A DNA stretch of 64,000 bases from an uncultured Actinomycetota bacterium (GCA_963822305.1 CAWGHF010000026.1:11093-75092), one strand, 5' to 3'. Positions 1-10,856 are shown, counted from the stretch's first letter. Translations and numbers: made by a program. Notes: generated by a model from the sequence alone, not told the origin.

Positions 1-1
1 C

Positions 2-487
2 AAGAGTGCTCGGGACTGCACACCCGACGAGATCGCCGACGAGGCGTGGGCTCAGATCAAGGCGCACCTCAACGACACCGACAAGGTTGTCGACGACCAA
101 ATGCTGCACTCGTGGTTCCTCGACCCTTCGATCATCGACTCGGGCACGCCGAACGTCCGCAACGACGAACCGTTGTTCATCCAGGATCCGGGGTCGTGGA
201 ATCGTCGGCCCGCCGCCGTCACCGGCATCGACAACCTGTTCCTGGCCGGCGAATGGATCAAGACGGACCAGAACGTCACGACGATGGAAGGTGCCAATGA
301 GGGCGGTCGGTACGCCGCCAACGGTGTGCTGCAGGCGTCGGGCTACAGCGGCGAGATGGTCAAGATCGTCGAGTTGTTCCAGGCGCCGTGGTGGGTGCCG
401 TTCAAGGCCGTCGACCGGGGGCGCTACCGCGCGGGCCTCCCGCACGCGCTCGACATTCTCGACACGCGATGGCCGACACGAAGATGA
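2..487 (+). CDS. FAD-dependent oxidoreductase (amine oxidase/HpnE-desaturase-like), 5'-truncated by window edge
   Basis: Frame is open from base 2. C-terminal motif NLFLAGEWIKT...TMEGANEGGRYAA is typical of flavin amine-oxidase/desaturase family C-termini. Confidence 0.65.
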   Translation, partial: KSARDCTPDEIADEAWAQIKAHLNDTDKVVDDQMLHSWFLDPSIIDSGTPNVRNDEPLFIQDPGSWNRRPAAVTGIDNLFLAGEWIKTDQNVTTMEGANEGGRYAANGVLQASGYSGEMVKIVELFQAPWWVPFKAVDRGRYRAGLPHALDILDTRWPTRR

Positions 488-1602
488 GGTTGGGGTCGGA
501 GAAAGCGCGGCTTCGCGATCCCGCACCGTTGTACGGTCGCGCCATGCCATACGGACGTCTCGCAGATCCCGACTCCACACTCGGTACCGACCCCCGCTCC
601 GACCCGCGAATGGTCAAGCTCCTCGCGCAGTTCGGGCTTGATGGCAGCGCCCCAGTGGAAGCGCCTCCCATCGACTCTGCTTTGGAGGACCGGCTCGCCT
701 GGGCCGTCGAAGTCGAGGAGGGTTATGCCGGGCTTTTCGAGGCGTTCGCCCAGGGCATGCCGATCGCCGAGGGCGTCACGACGAGGAATGTCACAATCGC
801 CGGAGGCGACGGAAACGATGTCACGCTCTATGTCAGCCGTCCCACCAACACCCAGACGGCATTGCCGGCGGTTGTGCACCTGCATGGAGGCGGCATGGCG
901 ATCCTCAGCGCCGCTGACACCATCACCTGCCGCGCACGGGAGCACCTCGCCGCCACCGGCCTAGTGGTCGTCGGCGTGGAGTTCCGCAACTCGGCCGGCA
1001 AGTTGGGTGTGCACCCGTATCCGGCTGGTCTAAACGACTGCGCGGCAGCAGTCCGATGGGTGGCCGCCAACCGAGCGGAGCTCGGTATCAGCCATCTGAT
1101 CGTGTCGGGTGAGTCGGGCGGTGGCAATCTCACGCTCACGATCGCGCATAAGGCCAAGCGTGAAGGTTGGGTGAACGAGATCGCCGGCCTCTATGCGCAG
1201 TGCCCGATGATTTCGAACCGTTGGCTCGAAGACGCTGACGATCTGCCGTCGTTGAAAGAGAACGACGGATACTTAATCAGTTGTCTGGTGCTCGCGCTGC
1301 TGGGTTCGCTGTACAACCCCGACAATTCGCACGCGCTCGATGCCACATGCTGGGCGGGTGTGGCCACGGACGAAGAATTGGCAGGTCTACCGCCGCACGT
1401 CATTTCGGTCAACGAGCTGGACCCGATGCGCGACGAAGGGCTGCTTTACTATCGCCGGTTAGTGCATGCGGGCGTGCCTGCGGTGGGACGCGTCGTGGCA
1501 GGGACGTGCCACGGCGGCGACGTGCTGATGGCAGGAGCCATGCCGGAGGTGTTCGAGGCGAGCATGCGCGACGTCAGCGGGTTCGCGAAGTCTGTCGGCT
1601 AG
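484..1602 (+). CDS. Alpha/beta hydrolase, HSL-family esterase/lipase
   Basis: HGGG oxyanion motif, GESGGG nucleophile elbow, DPMRDEG Asp motif and a downstream His. ATG overlaps the upstream stop (ATGA). Confidence 0.9.
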   Translation: MRLGSEKARLRDPAPLYGRAMPYGRLADPDSTLGTDPRSDPRMVKLLAQFGLDGSAPVEAPPIDSALEDRLAWAVEVEEGYAGLFEAFAQGMPIAEGVTTRNVTIAGGDGNDVTLYVSRPTNTQTALPAVVHLHGGGMAILSAADTITCRAREHLAATGLVVVGVEFRNSAGKLGVHPYPAGLNDCAAAVRWVAANRAELGISHLIVSGESGGGNLTLTIAHKAKREGWVNEIAGLYAQCPMISNRWLEDADDLPSLKENDGYLISCLVLALLGSLYNPDNSHALDATCWAGVATDEELAGLPPHVISVNELDPMRDEGLLYYRRLVHAGVPAVGRVVAGTCHGGDVLMAGAMPEVFEASMRDVSGFAKSVG

Positions 1603-1823
1603 CCGACGGTCTGGATGCTGTTCCCAGTGCCCGGGATGACCACTTCGCCCATGCCTTGTTGTGACGGCGAGCGTGGCTGCTCGTGCAACGGCTCGCAGAC
1701 GCCGACATAGGTCACGTTCTCGCACGGTCCGGTGGGAGCTGCGGTCGCGACGGCGGCCGAGCCCAGAGCGGCAGCCGCAATGGCCATCGCCGCGAGTACT
1801 GATCTAATTGTCCGACTGCGCAT
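1599..1823 (-). CDS. Small secreted protein (74 aa)
   Basis: Signal-peptide-like MRSRTIRSVLAAMAIAAAALGSAAVATA followed by a two-Cys mature region. Confidence 0.65.
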   Translation of the reverse strand: MRSRTIRSVLAAMAIAAAALGSAAVATAAPTGPCENVTYVGVCEPLHEQPRSPSQQGMGEVVIPGTGNSIQTVG

Positions 1824-1992
1824 CGTGGATTCCTTCCGCCGATGCTTTGTTGAACGCCTCTGTGCTCCAGAGTAATCCCGCAATGTGATTGAGAATAGGT
1901 CGTCTAGCTGGGCTTACAGTTAGCTTGGCTCAGCGACTTTCGCGGTCCAGGCCATGCGTAGTACGGCGGTCCATCGATATTCTTCAGCCGAA

Positions 1993-2259
1993 ATGGCCAC
2001 GTTCAAGCGGTACCTCATGTTTCAGGCGATGATGTTCGTCTTCGGCATCGTCGGCCCGATCTTCCTGATCATGTTCTTCATGACGCAGCCCGACCCGACC
2101 GTCAAGTGGGCCTATTGGTGGGGTCTTTTCATCACCGCCGCCGACGTGCTGATCGCCTTGTGGCTCACCGCCGCGTCAGGAGTGGATGCCAAGGGGCCGA
2201 AGGACGCCCGCATCGCGGCGGAACTCGCGAGACGCATGCAGGGCGATGACGACAAGTAG
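1993..2259 (+). CDS. Small membrane protein, hypothetical
   Basis: Two hydrophobic helices (MFVFGIVGPIFLIMFF; WWGLFITAADVLIALWL). Confidence 0.7.
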   Translation: MATFKRYLMFQAMMFVFGIVGPIFLIMFFMTQPDPTVKWAYWWGLFITAADVLIALWLTAASGVDAKGPKDARIAAELARRMQGDDDK

Positions 2260-2331
2260 TCCCATGCCCACCTTTGAGCGAAAGATTCGCGCGTACGTGG
2301 GCAACAATCCACCTGCCCGCCCATCCAATGG

Positions 2332-3553
2332 CTAGAGGAACGGCGGACGTTCGTCGATCCGTCGCGACGCCACACCCGCACCTCGCCACACCCGCGCGAC
2401 CCAGTCGGCGTCCTCGTCGGTGACGAAGTTCCCCATCACGCGCACCGCGATTTTCATCAGGAACGCCGACCGCATCGCAAGCGGCCCGGTCGCCGGAAGG
2501 AACCGCGGGATCGTCAGCAGCAGCGCCAACCTCCGTGCGACGGAGAACCCGTGCGCGTAGTGCGCCGACAGCACGGCGGGCCACGCGGACGATAAATCGC
2601 CGGTGCCCAGCAGTTCGGCGGCCAGCCTGCCTGTCTCCAGCCCGTAGTCGATGCCTTCGCCGTTCAGTGGGTTGACGCACGCCGCGGCGTCGCCGATGAG
2701 CATCCAGTTCGGCCCGGCCACGCCGGACACGGCGCCGCCCATCGGCAACAGCGCCGACAACCCCGCCCGCGGTTCGCCGTCGAAGCCCCATTCCTTACGT
2801 CTCAGTGACGTGTAATGCGACATCAACGGCCGGAGCGCCGCATCGGCCGGCCGCTTGGACGTCGCCAGCGCGCCGACGCCGATGTTCACCTCGCCGTTGC
2901 CCAGCGGGAAGATCCAGCCGTAGCCGGGCAGCACCTCACGTTCGGGTGAGCGCAACTCCAGGTGCGACGTGATCCACGGCTCACTGGCACGCGGCGTGGC
3001 GATGTACCCGCGGATCGCCACGCCGTAGACGGTCTCCTTGTGCCACTGCCTGCCCAGTACGCGGCCCAATGTCGAGCGCGCACCGTCGGCGACGATCAAC
3101 TCGCCACATCCGATCTCGGCGCCGGAGTCCAGTCAGCACCGTCGACACGCGGCCCGAAGAATCATGTTGCACATCAACGGCTTTCGCGCCGAGCAGCATC
3201 TTGGCGCCGTCGTCGACGGCCACCATGCGGATGCGGTCGTCGAGTTCGGTGCGGGGCACGGCGCTCGACGTCGCCGGAAACGACGGCCCAGGCCACTCGA
3301 TCTCGACGTCGGCGCCGAACCCCGACATGCGCAACCCGCGGTGCCGCACGCGGCCGTCCAGCCACGAACCGAGCCCCAGCCGCTCCATCTCCAGGATCGC
3401 GCGCGGGGTCAGCCCGTCGCCGCACGCCTTGTCGCGGGGGAACTGCGCGGAGTCGATCACCAGCACGTCGCGCCCGGCACGACACGCCCACGCGGCCGCT
3501 GCCGAACCGGCGGGTCCGGCCCCGACGACCACCACGTCGGCTCGCGTGTTCAT
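2332..3553 (-). CDS. menJ: Geranylgeranyl reductase-family menaquinone reductase; one frameshift near 3130
   Basis: N-terminus MNTRADVVVVGAGPAG...FPRDKACGDG. C-terminal half has IGDAAACVNPLNGEGIDY. Divergent from grcC1, as Rv0561c is in M. tuberculosis. Confidence 0.85.
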
Positions 3554-3574
3554 AGCTCCCAGTATGTTGGCAGG

Positions 3575-4582
3575 GTGAGGACACCAGCGAGCGTGGTGGC
3601 AGGGGTGGATTTCGGGGACCCCGTGTTTGCGCAGGACGTTCGCGACGGCGTGGCCCGCATCGAGGATCTGATGGCCACTGAGCTGGGCAAAGCCGACGAG
3701 CTGATGTCCGAGGCGGTTCAGCACCTGTTCCAGGCCGGCGGCAAACGGTTCCGTCCGCTGTTCACGGTGCTGTCCGCGCGGCTGGGTCCCGAACCGGACG
3801 CGTGGCAGGTCACGGTCGCCGGGGCCGTCATCGAGCTGGTTCATCTGGCGACGCTGTACCACGACGACGTGATGGATGAGGCTCAGGTACGGCGCGGTGC
3901 GCCGAGCGCGAACGCGCGGTGGAGCAACAACATCGCGATCCTGGCCGGCGACTACCTGTTCGCGACGGCCTCGCGGCTGGTCTCCCGCCTGGGCCCGGAG
4001 GCGGTGCGCGTCATCGCCGACACCTTCGCCCAGCTGGTGACGGGCCAGATGCGCGAAACCCGAGGGGCGGCCGACCACGTCGACTCGGTCGAGCACTACC
4101 TCAAGGTGGTCTACGAGAAGACCGCCTGCCTGATCGCCGCCTCCGGCCGGTTCGGGGCGACGTTCTCCGGCGCCGACGAGGAGCAGGTCGAGCGGTTGAG
4201 CCGACTCGGTGGCATCGTCGGCACGGCGTTTCAGATCTCCGACGACATCATCGACATCGACAGCGACCCAGACGAATCCGGCAAGATGCCCGGCACCGAT
4301 CTCCGCGAGGGTGTGCACACGCTGCCCGTGCTCTACGCCCTGCGCGAAACCGGCCCCGACGCGGACCGCCTGCGCCAGCTGCTGGCCGGTCCGGTCGAGC
4401 ACGACGACGACCTGGCGGAGGCCCTGCGCCTGCTGCGCGCCTCGCAGGGCATGGTGCGGGCCAAGGAGACCGTCAGCCAGTACGCCGCGCAGGCGCGCGA
4501 GGAGCTGGCAAATCTGCCCGACGGCCCGGGCCGCAACGCATTGGCGACGCTGGCGGACTACACGGCGAATCGTCACGGCTGA
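3575..4582 (+). CDS. grcC1: Polyprenyl (heptaprenyl) diphosphate synthase
   Basis: Two DDxxD motifs (YHDDVMD, ISDDIID), GGKRFRP, and synteny with htpX. Confidence 0.92.
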   Translation: MRTPASVVAGVDFGDPVFAQDVRDGVARIEDLMATELGKADELMSEAVQHLFQAGGKRFRPLFTVLSARLGPEPDAWQVTVAGAVIELVHLATLYHDDVMDEAQVRRGAPSANARWSNNIAILAGDYLFATASRLVSRLGPEAVRVIADTFAQLVTGQMRETRGAADHVDSVEHYLKVVYEKTACLIAASGRFGATFSGADEEQVERLSRLGGIVGTAFQISDDIIDIDSDPDESGKMPGTDLREGVHTLPVLYALRETGPDADRLRQLLAGPVEHDDDLAEALRLLRASQGMVRAKETVSQYAAQAREELANLPDGPGRNALATLADYTANRHG

Positions 4583-4661
4583 TGAGATGCGGAACTTGCC
4601 GAGGCCGCCTAAGCGTTAGATGACCGGTGATTCGTCTCGGTTCAAGTAGGAGGAAGCCACG

Positions 4662-5540
4662 ATGACCTGGCATCCGCACGCCAACACGGCCAAGACGTTC
4701 GTGCTGCTCGCAGGGTTCTCAGCGTTGATCGTGTTCCTCGGCGCGTTGTTCGGCCGGAACATCATGTTCCTGGCGGTTCTGTTCGCTGTCGGCATGAACG
4801 TCTGGGTGTACTTCAACAGCGACAAGTTGGCGCTCAGGGCGATGCACGCCCAGCCGGTGAACGAGATGCAGGCGCCGGTGATGTACAAGATCGTGCGCGA
4901 GTTGGCGACCACGGCGCGTCAGCCGATGCCGCGGCTGTACATCAGCGACACCGCGGCCCCGAACGCGTTCGCGACGGGCCGTAACCCGCGCAACGCCGCG
5001 GTGTGCTGCACGACGGGCATCCTGGGAATCCTCAACGAGCGGGAGTTGCGCGCGGTGCTGGGCCACGAGCTCAGCCACGTGTACAACCGCGACATTCTCA
5101 TTTCGTGTGTGGCAGGGGCGATGGCGGCGGTGATCACCGCGCTGGCCAACCTGGCGTTCTTCGCGAGCATGTTCGGCGGTAACCGCGAAGGCGGCGCCAA
5201 TCCCTTTGCGATTCTGCTGGTTTCGTTCCTCGGCCCGATCGCCGCCATGGTGATCCGGATGGCGGTGTCGCGGTCGCGCGAGTACCAGGCCGACCAGTCG
5301 GGCGCGGAGTTGACGGGTGATCCGCTGGCGTTGGCGAGCGCGCTGCGCAAGATCAGCGCCGGCGTGGAGCAGGCGCCGCTGCCGCCCGAGCCGCAGCTGG
5401 CCGATCAGGCGCACCTGATGATCGCCAACCCGTTCCGCTCGGGGGAGAAGATCGGCAAGCTGTTCTCGACGCACCCGCCGATCGCCGACCGCATCGCCCG
5501 CCTGGAGGCGATGGCCGGCCGGGGCCCAGGCCAGTACTAG
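4662..5540 (+). CDS. htpX: Membrane zinc metalloprotease HtpX
   Basis: [13 protein letters not shown] zinc motif, SREYQAD, FSTHPP. Confidence 0.95.
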   Translation: MTWHPHANTAKTFVLLAGFSALIVFLGALFGRNIMFLAVLFAVGMNVWVYFNSDKLALRAMHAQPVNEMQAPVMYKIVRELATTARQPMPRLYISDTAAPNAFATGRNPRNAAVCCTTGILGILNERELRAVLGHELSHVYNRDILISCVAGAMAAVITALANLAFFASMFGGNREGGANPFAILLVSFLGPIAAMVIRMAVSRSREYQADQSGAELTGDPLALASALRKISAGVEQAPLPPEPQLADQAHLMIANPFRSGEKIGKLFSTHPPIADRIARLEAMAGRGPGQY

Positions 5541-5626
5541 AGGCTGGCGTAGGTAACGGTCGCGCGACGTAGCCCGATGTCAAGGGCATGCTGCGAGTCA
5601 CAACCGCACCATCTAGGGTGTGGACC

Positions 5627-6167
5627 GTGCTGAACAGAATGCTGATCGGCGTCGTGGGGTCTGCGGGGGCGGTCCTGATCGGCGTGCCGGGGCTGGCGAT
5701 GGCCCAGCCGCCGGCACCGCCGCCGCCACCCCCTCCGCCCAACGTGAACGCGATGGCGCCGGTGAAGCTGTCCGAGTACGCGGTGATGGACAACCAGTGG
5801 TACGCATTCAAGACGCCGGACGGCCTCACCTGCGTGGTGCAGCGCAACGGCGGCTACGGCTGCAGTGGCCCGATCCCCGCCGCGCCTGAGGGTGCGAACC
5901 TCGTCAGCGGCGGCCCGGGTGCGCCCGCGTTCGCCACTTCGGCCGGCGACGTGTTCGGCTCGGTGCCTGACGTCAAGCCGCTTCCGGCGGGTTCGCGGCA
6001 TCAGCTACCAGACGGTCAGCTGCGGCAGCGACGGCTCGGTGACGACGTGTTCGGACAGCCGCAACCAGTCCGGCTTCGTGCTCAGCCCCGCGGGGAGCTT
6101 CATCATCAACGACGGCCGCGACCCGCTGCTGGAACGGCCCGAGGGCACCAACCCCTTCATCAACTGA
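5627..6167 (+). CDS. Secreted proline-rich hypothetical protein; frameshift near 5997
   Basis: Signal peptide and poly-Pro linker. The Cys-pair domain continues in a second frame (ISYQTVSCGSDGSVTTC...PFIN). Confidence 0.65.
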
Positions 6168-6177
6168 GCGTGCGGCC

Positions 6178-7206
6178 CTAGAACCCTGAGCCGTGCACCT
6201 CGTGGCCGGGCTTCTCGGCGGCCAGGCCGCGGTAGGCCTGTTCGACGGTCGAGCCGTGATTGACAACGCCGTCGACCTCGCGCGCGATCGGCATTGAGAT
6301 GCCGTACTTCTCGGCGAACTCCATGATCACGCTCGCGGCCTTGACGCCCTCGGCGACCTGATTCATGGAGGCGATGATCTCGTCGATCGACTTACCGGAG
6401 CCCAGTTGTTCACCGACGTGACGGTTGCGGCTGCGCTGGCTGGTGCAGGTGACGATGAGGTCACCCATGCCGGCCAGGCCGGAGAACGTCTCGCGGTTGC
6501 CGCCCATGGCCTCGCCGAGCTTCGACATCTCGTCGCACGGCGCGGGCCATCACCATGGCGCGGGTGTTCTCGCCGATGCCCAGCGCGTAGCCCATGCCGA
6601 CGGCGATCGCGTACACGTTCTTCAACGCACCCGCCATTTCGACGCCGACGACGTCGTCGGTCGTATAGGTGCGGAAACGCTTGGTGCGGAACAGGTCTGC
6701 CAAGTTGGCGGCCAGAGTGCTGGTCGGGCATCGCGAGCACGGCGGCGGCGGCATACCCGTCGGCGACCTCGCGGGCGATGTTCGGCCCGGCCAGGATGCC
6801 CGCCGGATGGCCGGGCAGCACCTCGTCGACGATCTCGCTCATCCGGTAGTTGGTGCCCTGCTCGAGGCCCTTCACCAGGGACACCACCGGCACCCACGGC
6901 CGTAGCTCCTTGGCCAGTTGTTCGAGCACGCCGCGGAAGCCGTGCGACGGCACACCCATCACGATGACGTCGGCACTGTCCGCAGCCTCGGAGAAGTCGG
7001 TGGTGGCCTGCAGGGTCGGTGACAGCTCGACCTCGTTGCCGAGGTACTTGCGTGTTGCGGTGCTTGTCATTGATGTCGTTGGCGGTCTCCTCCGAGCGCA
7101 CCCACTGCAGCGTCGGCCCGCGGCGGGCGCAGATGGACGCCACGGTGGTGCCCCAGGAGCCTCCACCGAGGACGACGACTTTGGGTTCGCGTTGTGCAGG
7201 TGCCAT
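6178..7206 (-). CDS. gpsA: NAD(P)H-dependent glycerol-3-phosphate dehydrogenase; about 3 frameshifts (~7045, ~6720, ~6535)
   Basis: [43 protein letters not shown] and VAEGV are spread over successive frames. Confidence 0.9.
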
Positions 7207-7388
7207 GCCGATCAGGGTAGGACTGTGGGCTGTGGTTGCACCGGCAGTTGGCGAACTGCGATGTGATCGCCGGCCGAGCTGCGCGTCGGGTTAGCGGGCG
7301 ACAAATGCGGGTAGGTCCTAGTCCTACGTTCGAGCCCGCGCCGCCGCACGGCTCGCGAATATCTATCGAGAGGCGCATCATCAGCACC

Positions 7389-8192
7389 ATGAAGCGACAC
7401 GTGGGCGCAGAGCTCGAAGTCGAGATCACGGCGCCGACTGAACTGGAGTTCCAGATCGCCGTCGCGCCGCATCCCAATGCCCATGTGTCGGAGTCGTTGT
7501 CCTTCGTGTTGGACGGAAAACCATTGCAGGCCATGGAGATAAGCGGCACACATGGCAACCGCATCCACAAACTGCACGTCGAAGGCGGGGTTCTGCAGGT
7601 CGACTACGCGGCGACGATCACCGGGCGGACGGACCCGGCGCCTGTCAGCGAGTATGACCAGTCCATGTATCTGCGCCCGAGCCGCTACGCGGAGGCCGAC
7701 AAGTTCTTCGGCTTCGCTGCAACGGAATTCGGCCAATATGTCGATTCGACGACGCTGTTGGAGAAGGTGTCCTCGTGGGTGGGCACGCGGCTGAACTATG
7801 TGCCGGGATCCAGTGACCCGATCGACGGTGCGGTGGACACGCTGCTCGCAGGCGCCGGAGTGTGCCGCGACTACGCCCACCTGGTGGTGGCGCTGCTCCG
7901 AGCCGTCAACGTGCCGGCCCGCGTCGTTTCGGTGTATGCGCCGGGGTTGTTCCCGATGGACTTCCACGCCGTCGCGGAGGCGTACGTCGAGGGCCAGTGG
8001 CGCGTCGTCGACGGCACCCTGCTGGCGCCGCGACAGACGTTGGTGCGCATCGCCACGGGACGCGATGCCGCCGACACCGCCTTTCTGGACAACCACAAGG
8101 GTTCGATCAACCTGAACTAGCTGGCTGTCACGGCGATCGTCGACGGCGACCTTCCCGTGGACTCGGTCGACGAGTTGGTGTCGATCGGATAG
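7389..8192 (+). CDS. Transglutaminase-like protein with in-frame TAG at 8118-8120
   Basis: GVCRDYAHL (Cys), DFHAVAE (His), W-x-x-VD (Asp). The frame continues past the TAG as LAVTAIVDGDLPVDSVDELVSIG*. Confidence 0.8.
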
Positions 8193-8196
8193 AGCG

Positions 8197-8688
8197 TCAG
8201 CGGTAGTTGACGAACTGCAGCGCGACGTCGAGGTCGGCGCCCTTGAGCAGCGCGATGACGGCCTGCAGATCATCGCGCTTCTTCGACGAGACCCGGATCT
8301 CCTCGCCCTGGATCTGGGACTTGACGCCCTTGGGGCCCTCGTCGCGGATGATCTTGGTGATCTTCTTGGCGTCCTCGCTGCTGATGCCCTGCTTGATCTG
8401 GCCGCTGACCTTGTAGGTCTTGCCCGAGGCCTGCGGCTCGCCGGCGTCGAAGGCCTTCATCGAGATGTCGCGTCGGATGAGCTTTTCCTTGAAAACGTCG
8501 ACGGCCGCCTTGATGCGCTCCTCGGTCGATGAGGTGATGACGATGGTCTCCTCGCCCTGCCAGGCGATGGAGGTGTCGGTGCCGCGGAAGTCGAAGCGGG
8601 TGGACAGCTCCTTGGCAGCCTGGTTCAGTGCGTTGTCGACCTCTTGGCGATCGACCTTGCTGACGACGTCGAACGATGAATCCGCCAT
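8197..8688 (-). CDS. yajQ: YajQ-family nucleotide (c-di-GMP)-binding protein
   Basis: [13 protein letters not shown]...RFDF...[12 protein letters not shown]...QFVNYR, 163 aa. Confidence 0.95.
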   Translation of the reverse strand: MADSSFDVVSKVDRQEVDNALNQAAKELSTRFDFRGTDTSIAWQGEETIVITSSTEERIKAAVDVFKEKLIRRDISMKAFDAGEPQASGKTYKVSGQIKQGISSEDAKKITKIIRDEGPKGVKSQIQGEEIRVSSKKRDDLQAVIALLKGADLDVALQFVNYR

Positions 8689-8791
8689 TGGACTCGGCCC
8701 TCCTCGGTGGTTGGCTCGGTTTGTATCTTTGGTACATCCTCGTTGTATCCTGCGATGCGCACCAAACCGGGTATCCGGGGGTGCACCACAA

Positions 8792-8877
8792 GGCAGGTTG
8801 CCCGAGCGGCCAATGGGAGCGGACTGTAAATCCGTCGGCTTACGCCTACGCAGGTTCGAATCCTGCACCTGCCACCA
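8792..8877 (+). tRNA. tyrT: tRNA-Tyr (GUA), intact, long variable arm, encoded CCA
   Basis: GGCAGGT/ACCTGCC acceptor stem, anticodon loop CTGTAAA, GGTTCGAATCC T-loop, 3' ACCA. Confidence 0.97.
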
Positions 8878-9135
8878 TGTGATGTCGCAGGACATCGGAA
8901 TAGCTCTGGACCCACGTTTTGTGGTCAGGGCTTTTCCTTTGGGCGGCCGCGGGGTTGGTAGTCCCTGGTCGGGTCGATGGTCAGTTCGCGGATCAGTTCG
9001 CCGGTGGCGGCGTCGATGATCCGGACGTCGAGGTGCTGAACGAGCATCAGAACGTGGGTTCGGGCGTGGGTTCGTCCGACGCCGATGTGGTGGAGTCGGA
9101 CGGCGAGGCGCAGGGCGAGGCTGGCCATTTCTTGG
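8878..9135 (-). mobile_element. IS481-family remnant (terminal end plus transposase C-terminus)
   Basis: Begins TGTGATGTC immediately after the tRNA CCA. Minus strand encodes [54 protein letters not shown]. Confidence 0.8.
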
Positions 9136-9163
9136 GTGCCGGGGGCGCGCGACCAGTCGACTG

Positions 9164-9301
9164 ATCGTGTGCCGTGACCCTCGGGAACGTCGGTCAGCCT
9201 TCCACGTTTACGGCACCAGATAGCCAAGAATCCTTGGACGCCGGAGGCTTCACCGGCTCACCCTTCGCGTCGATCCACAACAGCTCATCGCGGCCCTTGC
9301 C
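9164..9301 (-). pseudogene. Tyrosine integrase fragment
   Basis: Minus strand reads GKGRDELLWIDAKGEPVKPPASKDSWLSGAV..(frameshift)..TFPRVTAHD. This is the segment just before the H-x-x-R catalytic motif of mycobacterial site-specific integrases (recognised from memory). Confidence 0.65.
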
Positions 9302-9345
9302 TCGTGACCCGATTCCGGCTTCGGCCAGGCACGACCTCTGAGCAG

Positions 9346-9909
9346 TCAGGCGAGGCGTCGCTCCGCGCGGCGTTTGGTGTCGACGTGCAGTCGAGTGCGA
9401 ACGACTACGGCGTCGCCGAGCATGCCGGTCGCCGTCGTCGCAATGTCATCGGCGGCGTGAACCGCCGATGCCAGTGTCTCGGCGGAGAACGCGGTTGCTT
9501 TCAACTGGATACTCGGCGCACCGCGGTCGACGATCGCCGAGCCTTTCGCCGAGCGTATTGCCGGGTGGCTGCTCAGCTGGTCGGCGGCGGCGCTCGCCAG
9601 CGACTTGAGGTCAATGGTCAGCCTTCCCGTCCGGTCGCTTCCGGGCAGCGTCAGCGGCCCTGCGTGTTCGGCAGGTCCCCGGCTGAGCAGCCAGCGCATC
9701 CCCAACGGCACCAACACCACGCCGGCGGCAGCCGTGGCCCATGGCCACCAGTCCGACGCGACTGCGGTTGCCAGACCCGGAGCGGTCAACACGGTGGCAT
9801 TGTCGAAGTGGACAATGGCCCACGCGAGGAATCCGACGCCGATCGCGAGCAAGAGAAGACCCAAGACAAGGGCGCCGAGGCGGTCGACGCCAGTCACGAA
9901 GCGTCTCAT
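9346..9909 (-). CDS. AmaP-like alkaline-shock membrane anchor protein
   Basis: Two N-terminal TM helices plus a soluble domain; last gene of an Asp23 operon. Confidence 0.7.
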   Translation of the reverse strand: MRRFVTGVDRLGALVLGLLLLAIGVGFLAWAIVHFDNATVLTAPGLATAVASDWWPWATAAAGVVLVPLGMRWLLSRGPAEHAGPLTLPGSDRTGRLTIDLKSLASAAADQLSSHPAIRSAKGSAIVDRGAPSIQLKATAFSAETLASAVHAADDIATTATGMLGDAVVVRTRLHVDTKRRAERRLA

Positions 9910-10454
9910 CGGCGTCCTCCGGTGCTCACACGGACTTTGACTCTGGGGGGATCGGCGAGTGGCGCAAGCGCGTCGGTGACGGCGCCGCTCACCGCCGCAC
10001 GCTGCTCGGCGGGATCACGACCAGTGGTGCGGGCGCGGACGGTGATCTGGCGGCGCCGGGCGCTGGCGTTGGCGTCCACGACGCCCGGGACCGAGCGCGC
10101 CGCGACCGCGGCCAACCGCGCGGCGTCGGAGAGTTCGAGATAGACACTGGAGCGTGCGGACAACGCCACCGCGCGCTTACGGCGTGGCTTGAGCGCCAGC
10201 ACCACGCACATCAGGCCCAGCAGTGCGGTGATGATTCCCACCGGCACCATCCAGCCCTGGAAGGTCTGCCCGTCGAGCCAGTCGACCGCCATGCGGGTCC
10301 ACAGCCGACCGTCTATCCAGCCGGCCGCGACGATGCCGTCACGGATGCCGACCCCGCCGAGGGCGACCAGCGCTATCGCGCACAGCGCTCCGAGATAGGA
10401 CGCGCCCGCCGGTGCAACGGGGACGGGGGGCAGGAAGCGCCGCCGACCGGTCAT
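9906..10454 (-). CDS. DUF6286-like membrane protein
   Basis: Two TM segments then an Asp23-like fold; overlaps its neighbours. Confidence 0.65.
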   Translation of the reverse strand: MTGRRRFLPPVPVAPAGASYLGALCAIALVALGGVGIRDGIVAAGWIDGRLWTRMAVDWLDGQTFQGWMVPVGIITALLGLMCVVLALKPRRKRAVALSARSSVYLELSDAARLAAVAARSVPGVVDANASARRRQITVRARTTGRDPAEQRAAVSGAVTDALAPLADPPRVKVRVSTGGRR

Positions 10455-10484
10455 GATCGCCGTTTTGCCCGAGGTCGGTGGTGG

Positions 10485-10856
10485 TCATTGCAGGACCCGG
10501 GCGGGCGTGGTCTCGGTTTCCGAGACCACCTTCGACACAGTGACGTCAACGCCGTCGACCTTCAGTCCGGCCAACCGGTGCAGGGCCGCGGCGACGTTGT
10601 CCCGCACCGCCGCACCGACGTCTGTGAGCGGGCAGGGCCAGGGCACCGCGACGTCGACGGCCGCGCGTACTCTGTCCGCCGAGATCATCACGGTCACCTT
10701 GGGCAGCTCGCGTCCGATCAGTTTGGTCATCGTTGCGTCCTGCGGCTGCACGCCCGCGGTGTCCCGCGCGGCACGAACCGCGATACGCTGAGCAACTTTG
10801 TCTTTGACGACGAGAGATCCACGGTCGCCGGGATCAGCGTCTGGCGGCTCAGCCAC
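10485..10856 (-). CDS. Asp23/Gls24-family protein
   Basis: GSLVVKDKVAQRIA...VDVAVPWP...VRDNVAAALHRLAGLKVDGVDVTV. Confidence 0.8.
   Translation of the reverse strand: MAEPPDADPGDRGSLVVKDKVAQRIAVRAARDTAGVQPQDATMTKLIGRELPKVTVMISADRVRAAVDVAVPWPCPLTDVGAAVRDNVAAALHRLAGLKVDGVDVTVSKVVSETETTPARVLQ

Noticed and set aside
2981-4576. Long antisense ORFs (e.g. 2981-4576, 28980-30557, 30548-32113, 51691-53433)
   Set aside because: Shadow frames of real genes in high-GC DNA; only the menJ portion of the first is real.
8821-8833. Amber-suppressor tRNA explaining the TAG at 8118
   Set aside because: All four anticodon loops read CTGTAAA (GUA), not CUA.
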